This document shows positions 55,048-64,000 of a stretch of DNA of 64,000 nucleotides, piece by piece (positions within the stretch are counted from its first letter, which is position 1; each line of letters opens with the position of its first letter). The notes beneath the pieces are model-generated. The model was not told the DNA's origin. It ran no database searches and was given only the letters and a program-made list of their open reading frames with translations. This stretch comes from Candidatus Eiseniibacteriota bacterium (GTDB taxonomy: Bacteria; Eisenbacteria; RBG-16-71-46), in NCBI GenBank assembly GCA_963717505.1, contig OY970342.1:3680001-3744000 (forward strand). Direction: 5' to 3'. The position numbers and the translations under genes were made by a program.

Positions 55048-57023
55048 CGCGACCCGATCTCCCGGCTCCGGGCCAGATGCTCCTGCGCGCGCGACAGGTA
55101 GGCGCGCGCGCGTTCGTCACGCGGATCCATGCGCAAGGCGTTCTCCCACTGCCGTACTGCTTCCGTGAGATTCCCGGCCGCGAACGATTCCATGCCGCGA
55201 GCCAGGTACTCCTGTTTGAGACTCTGGCGCACGTTCTGGTAGTCGGGCGCCTTCTCCCACACCAGCTCCCAATAGCGAATCGCGACGTCCGTGTTGCCGG
55301 CCTGCATCGCCGTCAGACCCCGCTGGTAGAGCTCAGCCACTTCGCGTCGCTCGGCGCCGGTCAGCGCTCGGGCGGGCGCCGGCGGCGGAACCGAGGGCTC
55401 AGAGCCGGTTCCTGCGGCCGCGCGTTTGAGCGCAGCCTCGGCGGCGACCAGGCCGGCCGCGCGTGGGTCCAGCGCTCGCGCCCGCTCGAGATCCCGCCGC
55501 GCCTCGTCCAGCGCACCGGCAGCCAGGTCGCGGCGCGCATCGCCGATCAACGCCTCGGCGCGACGAGTGATGGCATCCTGGGTGCGCACGAGCATGGCAC
55601 GGGCTTCCTCGTCCTGCGGATGGACCGCGAGCAGCGCTTCGAAGCTGGAGCGCGCTTCCTCGAGTCGGCCGGCGGTGAATGCGTTCAGGCCCGCCTCGAA
55701 GCGCGACCTCAGCTCCGCGGATCGCGCCGCGCGACGATTGCTCTCGGTCCGGCAGCGCTCGAGCCCAGCGACCGAGATCGAATCGCCTGGAGCCACCTGC
55801 AGCGCGCGCGAATAGGTCACCGCGGCTTCGGAGAACTCTCCGGCGCTTTGCTGCGCCTGCGCCATCGCGCGCAGACTGCGGGCCTCGAGGTTCATGCCTT
55901 GGGGATGCCCCGGATCGAGTGCGCGCAGCAGGGTTGCGCGCTCGACCGCCAGCACCGGATCGCCGGCGCCGAGTGCGGCCTCGACCTCCGCGGCCAGCGC
56001 CCGGGTTCGTTCGCGCTGCCTCGCCTCGAAGGTCTCGGTCAGCCGCGTCTGCATCTCGGCTTCGCGCTCCGCCAGATAGTTGTCTCGTGCCTGTTCGACG
56101 GAGGGACCGAACTGAAACGTCAGGCCGAAACGATGGACCGGAGCCAGCGCCTGATTCTCGAACGCGTACTCGAACTCGGTCGGCCCGACCTGGATCCCGG
56201 AGCCGGCGGTGAGCGTCGATCCGGAGACTCCGATGCGCAGGTCGAACACCGGGTGCGGGCTCAACTCGAGCCCGGCGTGGACCCGCGACGAGCGACCTTC
56301 GACGCTCTCGACGTCGAATGCGATCAGGGCGGCGCCGGTGGCCCGGAACCCGTGACGCAGCGCGAGCCCCAGGCGCGCGATACGCGGATCGGCGACTTCC
56401 TCGCGATCGAGCACCATCGCGGGCGGCAGCAGGTTGGCGAGCGCGAAGCCGAAGGTCAGGTCGCGCATCCAGGCCGGGCTGGTGCTCGCCAGGGCCGCCG
56501 GCCGAATCATCATCCCGAGATCGGCGCCGACGCCGTTGGCGGCCCGGCCACCCAGCTCCTGGCGACGGATCTTCGCGACCGCGCCGAGGCTGATCGCGTC
56601 GCCGACCATGCGCCCGTAGCCGAGTGCCACTTCCGATTCGAGGCTCTCGAGATCTCCGGTCGGCAGGTTGCGCTCGTCGCGACCTTCGATCCCGCCGATT
56701 CCGAACTGCCGATAGGTCGCGGCCAGGCCACCCCACCGCCAGCTCGGCAGTACGACGCCCGCATACGATTCGCGGAAGTCGAGCTCGTCGGGCGACGACT
56801 GCGTCAGCTGGAACTGGGCGCGCGACGCGATCCCGAGCCCACCGGGGTTCCACATCCAGCCCCCCGCGTCGTTCGCGACCGCGGTGTAGGCGCTGCCGAG
56901 CGCCAATGCGCGATTGCCGGCGCCGACTGAGAACACCGAGGTGGTGCCGGCATCGTCGGCGGCATGGGCGACTCCGGCGAGCGCGACCCACAACATCAGG
57001 ACCCCGACCAGGCGGCGGCTCAT
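55044..57023 (-). CDS. PorV/PorQ-like outer-membrane barrel fused to coiled coil and TPRs (copy 2)
   Basis: ATGA-coupled start 57023; signal peptide ..VAHA; GNRALALGSAY..DAGGWMWNPGGL; TPRs. Confidence 0.85.
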   Translation of the reverse strand: MSRRLVGVLMLWVALAGVAHAADDAGTTSVFSVGAGNRALALGSAYTAVANDAGGWMWNPGGLGIASRAQFQLTQSSPDELDFRESYAGVVLPSWRWGGLAATYRQFGIGGIEGRDERNLPTGDLESLESEVALGYGRMVGDAISLGAVAKIRRQELGGRAANGVGADLGMMIRPAALASTSPAWMRDLTFGFALANLLPPAMVLDREEVADPRIARLGLALRHGFRATGAALIAFDVESVEGRSSRVHAGLELSPHPVFDLRIGVSGSTLTAGSGIQVGPTEFEYAFENQALAPVHRFGLTFQFGPSVEQARDNYLAEREAEMQTRLTETFEARQRERTRALAAEVEAALGAGDPVLAVERATLLRALDPGHPQGMNLEARSLRAMAQAQQSAGEFSEAAVTYSRALQVAPGDSISVAGLERCRTESNRRAARSAELRSRFEAGLNAFTAGRLEEARSSFEALLAVHPQDEEARAMLVRTQDAITRRAEALIGDARRDLAAGALDEARRDLERARALDPRAAGLVAAEAALKRAAAGTGSEPSVPPPAPARALTGAERREVAELYQRGLTAMQAGNTDVAIRYWELVWEKAPDYQNVRQSLKQEYLARGMESFAAGNLTEAVRQWENALRMDPRDERARAYLSRAQEHLARSREIGSR

Positions 57024-60000
57024 CGCACCACCATCACTTTCCGCAGCAGGCGTTCGCTGGTGCCGTCGTCGAGCCGCGCGACCAGTTCGGCCACATAGAC
57101 GCCGTTGGTGACCACGGCGCCCCGCCCGTTGCGACCGTCCCATGCCAGGTCCTGGTGGAGTCCCGAGGACAACGAGGCGTTTTCGAGCAGGCGCGCGACC
57201 CGTTCGCCGCGCGGAGTCCAGATTGTCAGGTCCACATGCCCCGAGGCCGGCAGGTAGAACACGAACGACGTGGCCGATCGACCGGCCGCGAACGGGTTGG
57301 GGAAGTTGCCGTAGCTCGCGGCCAGCGTGCCGCCGGAATAGCTGGCGAGATCGGTCCACTCGGGGAACGCTCGACCGCTCACCGGCACGACCGCGACCGT
57401 GAGCAATGCGCTCGATGGCTGCACCACTCCGACCCCCGCGGCGTCGAGCGACAGTCGGAAGCTTCCGGGCGCACCCGCGGCCCGGGTCGTCATCCGGATC
57501 TCGAGCGTCACGGGAACGCCGGGATCGAGATCCAATGGAGTAGCCGCGACCAGCGACACTCCCGCCGAGTCCGCAGTCAGCGGCGCGCTCGATGCCCACA
57601 ACACTCCCCCGTTGTAGGCCTCGATCGCCGAAGCGAAGGCACCCACCGCCTGCGGCGCGAAGTCGCCGTCGCCGCCACCGAAGCGCAGAGATTGGACGGC
57701 GATGGTTCCGGAGCCGGGCACTGCGGCATTGGTCAGCGCCACTCGCGCGAGCACGACCGTGCTGCCGTCCGCGGGCAGCACCGCCGGAACCAGACTCTGC
57801 AGATCCGCCACCAAGGTCCGCGCCGGCGGCTCGAGTCGGGCGAGCCCCGAGCTGAGCGGGAGACTGGCTCCGTTCTCCGCGGTCGGGATCAGCGGCTGGC
57901 CGGAGTTGTCATCGACCGCCACGATCCCGCTGGCGGGCAGCATCAGCTCGAGGAAACCAAGGGGCGCGGTCGGCTCGAGGTCCAGCTCGACCGCCATCGA
58001 GTCGAGGGCGCCGGCGAGAAGGATCCACCCGCCGAGATCGACCGGGATGCCGCCGGTCGCCGGCGGATCGCTGACGCTCGCGATCACGCTCCCGTTCCAG
58101 CGGATGCGCAGCACGTCGATGTAGGTCGACGGCGGCAGGGGGGCGCGCGCGGCGTCCTGAACCTCGAACACCAGCCGGTCGAAGCGCACCGGCGCGGTGC
58201 CCGCGCTCCCGGGATGGCGCCAGCGCGCGGTGAACGCCATGAGCCCGGGCCGGCCGACCGAGACCACCGGCGGGAAGGCCGGCGATCCCGCCACGCGCAG
58301 GCCGCTCGCCGGCTGCTGGATCGTGACGGTCGGGCCGACGAGCGGATCGACCGCGAGTCGGACCGTGACGCGCTCGCCGGTGTTGGCGTCGCGCGCATCG
58401 ACCGCGGCGGTGTCGCGGATCACGAGTCGGAACGAACCGGGAACCGCCGCAGGGGCGATCTCGGCGAGGAAGTTCAGGTCGAGCGGCGCGTTCAACGGCA
58501 CCGTGACCATGGGCGAGAAAACGAGCGTGACAACGCTGTCTTCGGCCGAGGTCACCGACCGGTCGGCCACAGCCCCAAAGGGTCCTTCGACGCGCAGGCG
58601 CGAGAGCCAGGCGTCGGGTGCTGCGACGGTTTGTCCGGCGTCGTCGACCAGGACCACGTCGAGGCCGCCGAGCCGCACGTCCGATGTCAGGCCCACGATT
58701 CCGGGATTCTCGAGGCGCAGGCGCAGGACAGGCGCTCGCGTCAGGCCCGGGCTCGAGCGCACCGAGGCGGTGTCCGCCGAGGCCAGGCGCAGTTCACTGG
58801 CGGCCGAGACGATGCGCGCAAGACCGGTGCGGATGGGATAACTCTGGTCGCGCAGCTGGACGTCGACCGGCGCTCCGCTGGTCGCGTCCTCGGCGCTGAA
58901 ATTCGTACTGTCGTCGACGATCATGCGGAAGCTGGGCACGATCGCCCCCGGCGCGACATCGAACCGCAACCCGAGGGTGACGGGCTGGTCCTGGAGCACC
59001 GTGACCGGATTCGCGAACGTCAGGTCCATGACGCTGCCCGTGGTCTCGAGATTGGTGCGCGACAGGTAGACGTCGGAACCTTCCTGAACCACCACGCGGG
59101 CGATCACGTCTGCCGGAACAACGCCGCCGCCGGCGCCCGACTCCAACCGCACCCGCAGCCCCCTGAACCGCACAGCTGAGGAAGCTAGATCGCTCTCGTT
59201 GCTCAAGGTCAGCGTCAGCGGCACGACGTCGGACTGACCCTGATTGACCGTGAACGGCATCGACTGAATCGCGAAGCAGGCGAGGCTCTCGGCCTGAACG
59301 TAGACGTGGTGCAGACCCGATTGCACGTTGAGCGCGCGTCGCAAGAGGCCGCTGGTCGCGCCGGTGCCCGCGGCGTTGCCGCTCCAACGTACGTTGCCCG
59401 GGATCGCGGACTGATAGCTCCAGCTGAAGGTCGTGGTCTGCCCTGGGTCGAGGTCGGCGGCGGCCGGCACCGGACCGGTGAGGTAGGTGGAGGCCCCATC
59501 GCCGGCCATGGCCAGAACCGACGGCGACAGTCCGTTGATCCGCTCGGAGCCGATGTTGCGCACTTGCATCTGCACGGTGACCAGCGCGCCGACCGTGGTG
59601 GCATCGCGGTCGAGCATCAGCGTCGCGAGCAGCGGCGCGCTGCTGAGCAACAACGGCTCGGGATTCGACACCGAGCCATCGAGCGGACCTTGGTTCCCCG
59701 ATTCGGTGACGATGCCGTTCACCGGAATCTCGAGTTTCAGGGTGGCCGAGTCCGCGGGCGATCCCGACACCGTTACGCCGACGAACAGGCGCGCCCCGAC
59801 CCCGTTCATCGGTTCTGCGAGCAGCGGGCTCTGCCAGACGCCGGCGAGCGGCGTCAGCGGCCCCAGATCGAGATCCCCAACCGGCTCGAACAGGCCGTCG
59901 CCGTCATCGCGCCACAGTCGCAGCTCGGCGACGTCGGACGGCGTCGCGGTCCCGGAGTTCACGAAGCGCACCCCGCGCAGGACGTCGTTGGCGTAGCCGT

Positions 60001-63000
60001 TGCGCGGGATCACGATGTCGAGCGCGCGCACCGGCCCGTCCCCCGGACCCAGGGTGACGCCGGGCGCACCGAGGTTGGTCACCTGCTCGGCGATCATGCC
60101 GTCCACCGCCCAGCGCGAGCGGGAGGTCACCGGGAAGGTCGCGGCCACCGAACTCAACGAGTCGAAGCTGATGTCGGCGGCGTTCGCGAGGTATGCCGAC
60201 AAGCTGTCTCCGTCGGCCGCGCCGGTCGGTGAGGCGTCGCCGGTGACGAACAGGACGCGGGCATTCCCGGCGGGAAGGTTCCAGGCGACGCCAGTGAACA
60301 CCGCCCGGCCACCGCTGAACGACGAGGTGGCGAGCAATGGATCGGTCGCCAGGTCGCCCAGCACGCCGTCGCCGTTGCCATCGGCGCGCAGCTCGACGCG
60401 GCGGAACTCGCCGTCGCGCTCGGCGACCGAGCCGGGACCCACCGTGCGGTTGGTCACGGTCAATCCGGTGAGGGCTCGATCGAACAGGTAGGTGTTGCCG
60501 ACCACCAACTCGAGCAACCGAACGTCGAGTGCGTTCGGCCACACTGCGCTGGGCGCCAGGGGCCGCCCCGACAAGGTGATCCGATCCTGAGCGCTGGTCA
60601 TCTGGTCGAACGGGTTCTCGACCTGAGCGTCGACCGGCCCGCTGTTGCCACTGGACATGCCCACGCCGAGATCGGTGGCACTCGGCAAAGCGAGGCGGAT
60701 GGTTCGTCCCTCGGCCGCGGTGGCGGCGACATCGACGGTGACGAACATCACGGCTCCGCCGGCGCCGACCGGGTGCGCGAGCCCGGTGATCTCCCAGCGG
60801 TTGCCGGTGAAGTACAGCGTTCCGAGACGGGTGTCGTTCGCTGCAGCGAACGTGCCGTCGCCGTCGTCCGACCAAAGCTCGACCGCGTCGAGATCATCGA
60901 CGGGCGTGGCGGTTCCGAGGTTGACGACGTTGAGCCGGACCAGCACGTCGGCCGCATAGCCGTTCTGCGGAAGGCGGAACGCAAGAGCGAGTCGGCGGCG
61001 AGCGCCGATCGGCAGGTTCGCGGCCGCGACCGGCATCAGGCCGATCTGGGCCGCGGACATGCCGTCGACCGCGAAGGTTCCCGGCGGGTCAATCGGCCAG
61101 TTCGCGTCGATCGGGGCGGTCCCGACCACCGCCGCCAGGTCGGCGATGCGCAGGTCGAGCAGGTCGCCATCGCGGGCCGCGAGCGAGGCCCCCGCGTGAA
61201 CGCCGAACGCGATCGTCTCTCCGGCGTCGAGCACGACCTCCAGTCCGGTGAACGCCGCGGTGCCCGAGGTGAAGCTGCCACTGGCCACCTGTTGCGCGGG
61301 AACTCCCCCACCCCGCTGGACGATCAATGCGAGCGGGGTCCAGTCCTGGTCCAGCTCGGCCGGACTGCCGGGCCCAGCCGCTCGATTCTCGAGTTGCAGC
61401 GCGGTCAGCGTTTCCGGCTCGGCCGACGGATTGCGAATCTGGAGGTTCAGGACCTCCTGGCTGCCGGCTCCTGGAATCAATGACTGCGGAAGCTGGCTCG
61501 CCGACGTGATGACGATGGCGTCGGGGGGCGGAATGACGGTGATGCGCGCCGTGTCGCTGAATGCGCCGAGCTGGGCGATCACGAAGCCGAAGCCGACTCC
61601 GGTCGCGGTGAATCGACCGGCGCCGTCGACCGTTCCAATGCCGCCTTCGACCCGCCAGCCCGGAGCGACGTTCAGCGGATTGCCGAAGTCGTCGCGGCCA
61701 CTGGCGCTCAGTTGCACCGTGTCTCCGAGCGCGACCGTCGCGTTGGCGGGCGACACGGTCAGGTCGGCGAGCGGTCCGGGAACCACGCGCACCCGCCACG
61801 AGTCACCGTCGGCGGCGCCATTGGCATCGCCTTCGGTCGCGACCTGTTCCGGCGTGCCCGGGGTCGAGGAGTCGTCGAAGAACACCGTCAGCTCGGACCC
61901 CGCCGTGTCCGCGACGGTCGGCACCGAGACCCCGAACACGACCATGATGCGCTCGGGGACGGCCACCGGGTCGAAGTTGATCATCATGCTGTTTGGGCCG
62001 CTGTTGTCCACGAACGGCGGCTCGACGGTGCCGACCCGGAATTGAAGGATCGCCGGTGTGCCGTAGCCGGCCGGCAGCGGAATCCGGATTCGGTTGATGC
62101 CGGTGTTGCCCAGGGCGAACACCGGTTCCAGGTAGACGACGAAGGGCTGGGCGCTGGTCCCCGCGCTGACCGTGGGTGGCAGGATTTCGGCGGTCGCCGA
62201 TTGCGCGGCGACCGTGGACACCACGGTCGCGGTCATCGGCAGGATCACGTCGACCGGCGGTCCGCTCCCCGGATCGTGCAGTCGCACGTCCAATGCTCCG
62301 CGGTACTGCTGCGGGGGAAGCCCGGTGGGAATCCGCGTCCACAGGGTGAGGCCGTACGACTGGGGCGTTTCCGCGAGGTTCGGCGGAACCGAATCGACCA
62401 CGGTGGTGAACGCCGTTCGGAGCAGGCCCGAGTCGCCGGTCGAGGCCCGCCAGGTGACGAGATCCTGAGGTGCGCCGACCGGAAACACGTCCGGCGTTTG
62501 CACGCCGATCATGTCCTGGCCCTGGAGGCGCAACCGGCTCCACTCGTTGCTCTGGACCCCCACGACGATCGTGCCCGAGGCGGGGTCCGCGAGCGGCAGC
62601 GGCATCGGTCCCGGCTCGCCCGGCGCGAAGTGTGCGGCGGTGTCGGCGACGACCAGCACGAACGACGGTTCCATGTCCTGGTTGGCAACCACGGCGTCGA
62701 TCGGAAGCGATTCGAGGGCGGTATTAACGCGTACGCGCAGGTTCCACTCGCCACTCGACGAGGCGCGCGCGATCTGTCCGGGGGCGATCGCGAACGTCAG
62801 GCCGTGCACCGAGGTGTCGTTGGGGATCGTGTCGGGCGAGCAGAGCGCCGGGTCGATCCGCCATGACGATCCCGCCGGCTCCTCGAGCGCCCATGCGTGC
62901 TGCGGAGCGCGAGTGAAGCGGTACACGCCACGGAATGCGGGGCCCGACGGTCCCGAGGCCAGGTCTCCGTACTGCAGCCTCACCTCGACGTCGGTGATGT

Positions 63001-63223
63001 CGTGAAACCCGTCGTCGTCGTGGAGCGCGACCCGAACCAGGAAGGTGTCGCTCGGCGCGAGCTGAATCGCCGTCGTTCCGGAGCGGGTGAAGACCCGGAC
63101 CGAATCGATGACGGCGTTCGCGGCCGAGGCCGGTCGAACGGCAAGCACGCACAGGACCGCGGCCCCCAAAGAGACCACGGTCCAGCAACGGAGCGCCTGC
63201 AGGCGCCCCGGTGGGAGCAGCAC
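57020..63223 (-). CDS. Giant secreted beta-rich repeat protein (2067 aa) with Ig-like domain and FlgD/T9SS-type C-terminal domain (copy 2)
   Basis: Signal peptide; Big_2-like LTVSPANATVALGDTVQLSASG; repeats shared with copy 1; SYGNFPNPF...WDGRNGRG..VTNGVYVAEL. Confidence 0.85.
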   Translation of the reverse strand: MLLPPGRLQALRCWTVVSLGAAVLCVLAVRPASAANAVIDSVRVFTRSGTTAIQLAPSDTFLVRVALHDDDGFHDITDVEVRLQYGDLASGPSGPAFRGVYRFTRAPQHAWALEEPAGSSWRIDPALCSPDTIPNDTSVHGLTFAIAPGQIARASSSGEWNLRVRVNTALESLPIDAVVANQDMEPSFVLVVADTAAHFAPGEPGPMPLPLADPASGTIVVGVQSNEWSRLRLQGQDMIGVQTPDVFPVGAPQDLVTWRASTGDSGLLRTAFTTVVDSVPPNLAETPQSYGLTLWTRIPTGLPPQQYRGALDVRLHDPGSGPPVDVILPMTATVVSTVAAQSATAEILPPTVSAGTSAQPFVVYLEPVFALGNTGINRIRIPLPAGYGTPAILQFRVGTVEPPFVDNSGPNSMMINFDPVAVPERIMVVFGVSVPTVADTAGSELTVFFDDSSTPGTPEQVATEGDANGAADGDSWRVRVVPGPLADLTVSPANATVALGDTVQLSASGRDDFGNPLNVAPGWRVEGGIGTVDGAGRFTATGVGFGFVIAQLGAFSDTARITVIPPPDAIVITSASQLPQSLIPGAGSQEVLNLQIRNPSAEPETLTALQLENRAAGPGSPAELDQDWTPLALIVQRGGGVPAQQVASGSFTSGTAAFTGLEVVLDAGETIAFGVHAGASLAARDGDLLDLRIADLAAVVGTAPIDANWPIDPPGTFAVDGMSAAQIGLMPVAAANLPIGARRRLALAFRLPQNGYAADVLVRLNVVNLGTATPVDDLDAVELWSDDGDGTFAAANDTRLGTLYFTGNRWEITGLAHPVGAGGAVMFVTVDVAATAAEGRTIRLALPSATDLGVGMSSGNSGPVDAQVENPFDQMTSAQDRITLSGRPLAPSAVWPNALDVRLLELVVGNTYLFDRALTGLTVTNRTVGPGSVAERDGEFRRVELRADGNGDGVLGDLATDPLLATSSFSGGRAVFTGVAWNLPAGNARVLFVTGDASPTGAADGDSLSAYLANAADISFDSLSSVAATFPVTSRSRWAVDGMIAEQVTNLGAPGVTLGPGDGPVRALDIVIPRNGYANDVLRGVRFVNSGTATPSDVAELRLWRDDGDGLFEPVGDLDLGPLTPLAGVWQSPLLAEPMNGVGARLFVGVTVSGSPADSATLKLEIPVNGIVTESGNQGPLDGSVSNPEPLLLSSAPLLATLMLDRDATTVGALVTVQMQVRNIGSERINGLSPSVLAMAGDGASTYLTGPVPAAADLDPGQTTTFSWSYQSAIPGNVRWSGNAAGTGATSGLLRRALNVQSGLHHVYVQAESLACFAIQSMPFTVNQGQSDVVPLTLTLSNESDLASSAVRFRGLRVRLESGAGGGVVPADVIARVVVQEGSDVYLSRTNLETTGSVMDLTFANPVTVLQDQPVTLGLRFDVAPGAIVPSFRMIVDDSTNFSAEDATSGAPVDVQLRDQSYPIRTGLARIVSAASELRLASADTASVRSSPGLTRAPVLRLRLENPGIVGLTSDVRLGGLDVVLVDDAGQTVAAPDAWLSRLRVEGPFGAVADRSVTSAEDSVVTLVFSPMVTVPLNAPLDLNFLAEIAPAAVPGSFRLVIRDTAAVDARDANTGERVTVRLAVDPLVGPTVTIQQPASGLRVAGSPAFPPVVSVGRPGLMAFTARWRHPGSAGTAPVRFDRLVFEVQDAARAPLPPSTYIDVLRIRWNGSVIASVSDPPATGGIPVDLGGWILLAGALDSMAVELDLEPTAPLGFLELMLPASGIVAVDDNSGQPLIPTAENGASLPLSSGLARLEPPARTLVADLQSLVPAVLPADGSTVVLARVALTNAAVPGSGTIAVQSLRFGGGDGDFAPQAVGAFASAIEAYNGGVLWASSAPLTADSAGVSLVAATPLDLDPGVPVTLEIRMTTRAAGAPGSFRLSLDAAGVGVVQPSSALLTVAVVPVSGRAFPEWTDLASYSGGTLAASYGNFPNPFAAGRSATSFVFYLPASGHVDLTIWTPRGERVARLLENASLSSGLHQDLAWDGRNGRGAVVTNGVYVAELVARLDDGTSERLLRKVMVVR

Positions 63224-63280
63224 GCGAAACCCCCTTCCCTGGGGTCTGGGTGGACGCAGGATGTAATGGACTTCTGGGGG

Positions 63281-63309
63281 GTTTTCGGCTGGACGCCCGG
63301 AGGACTTGA
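63281..63309 (-). promoter_or_regulatory. sigma28-like promoter of giant-protein operon 2
   Basis: TCAAG-15 nt-GCCGAAAAC on the minus strand, 57 nt before the start codon. Confidence 0.65.
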
Positions 63310-63388
63310 TGGGCTGGGGCTGCGGGATCCGGCCCGGGAACCGGACTTGGGGCGGATTGCCCTATGCTGCCCCCGAGAGGAGATCGAG

Positions 63389-64000
63389 ATGACCCACCCC
63401 AAACGTCTTGCCATCCTGGTCGGCGGCGGCCCGGCCCCCGGCATCAACAGCGTGATCGGGGCCGCGACCATCCGCGCCGTGCTCGACGGTGTCGAGGTTC
63501 TCGGCATCGACGACGGCTTCGAGTGGATCATGCACGGCAACGTGGATCACGTGCGGCCCCTGACTATTCCGCTCGTTTCGCGGATCCACTTCCGTGGCGG
63601 CTCGCACATCGGGATCTCGCGCGCGAATCCGACCACCGACCCCGAGTTCCTGGAGAACACGATCATCTCCCTGCTCCGGCTCAACGTCGAGCACCTGATC
63701 ACGATCGGCGGCGACGACACGCTCTATTCGGCGCGTCGGCTCGAGGAACAGGCGAGCGGACGCATCCGCGTGGTTCACGTGCCCAAGTCGATCGACAATG
63801 ACCTCGATCTGCCGCCGTTCGTGGACACGTTCGGGTTCCAGACCGCGCGCCACGAGGGCGTGGAGATCCTCAAGAATCTCATGGTGGATGCGCGGACCAC
63901 GTCGCGCTGGTACTTCGTGATTGCCATGGGCCGCAAGGCCGGGCACCTGGCACTCGGGATCGGCAAGGCCGGCGGCACGACCGTCACCCTGATTCCCGAG
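63389..64000 (+). CDS. pfp: Phosphofructokinase, probably PPi-dependent (3' truncated by window)
   Basis: Translated by hand from ATG 63389 (GAGGAG RBS): VGGGPAPGINSVI, IGGDDT, VPKSIDNDL, TFGFQTA, MGRKAGHLAL. Confidence 0.85.
   Translation, partial: MTHPKRLAILVGGGPAPGINSVIGAATIRAVLDGVEVLGIDDGFEWIMHGNVDHVRPLTIPLVSRIHFRGGSHIGISRANPTTDPEFLENTIISLLRLNVEHLITIGGDDTLYSARRLEEQASGRIRVVHVPKSIDNDLDLPPFVDTFGFQTARHEGVEILKNLMVDARTTSRWYFVIAMGRKAGHLALGIGKAGGTTVTLIPE

Noticed and set aside
52666-59179. Long plus-strand ORFs (787, 656, 851 aa) and similar antisense ORFs throughout
   Set aside because: Antisense shadows expected at high GC; no motifs; opposite strand carries clear genes
1-64000. CRISPR array, rRNA, transposase, integrase or phage genes
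   Set aside because: No regularly spaced repeats or diagnostic motifs seen

Overview
GC-rich bacterial genomic window with about 48 genes or gene fragments. Five proteins carry FlgD/T9SS-type C-terminal sorting domains and two are PorV-like barrels, which suggests an FCB-group organism (inference only). It begins with an ECF sigma/anti-sigma/PrsW operon, an outer-membrane barrel, TonB and tRNA-Leu(CAA). A ~9.8 kb decaying, integrase-less island follows, bounded by a 40-bp repeat of the tRNA 3' end. The main feature is two paralogous, translationally coupled operons (23485-32398 and 51134-63223). Each encodes a giant repeat surface protein with a sorting domain, a PorV-like barrel fused to TPRs, a membrane HAMP-PP2C-Ser-kinase fusion and a STAS protein. 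Both operons, a cupredoxin/histidine-kinase operon and the lone barrel gene are preceded by the same sigma28-like promoter (TCAAG-N15-GCCGAWAAC), although no flagellar genes are present. Other highlights: a candidate secreted selenoprotein (in-frame TGA plus SECIS-like hairpin) in an operon with a vitamin K-dependent carboxylase homolog and a DCC redoxin; a circularly permuted plastocyanin-like lipoprotein; and three single-base frameshifts. All calls come from reading motifs by eye; no database searches were run.
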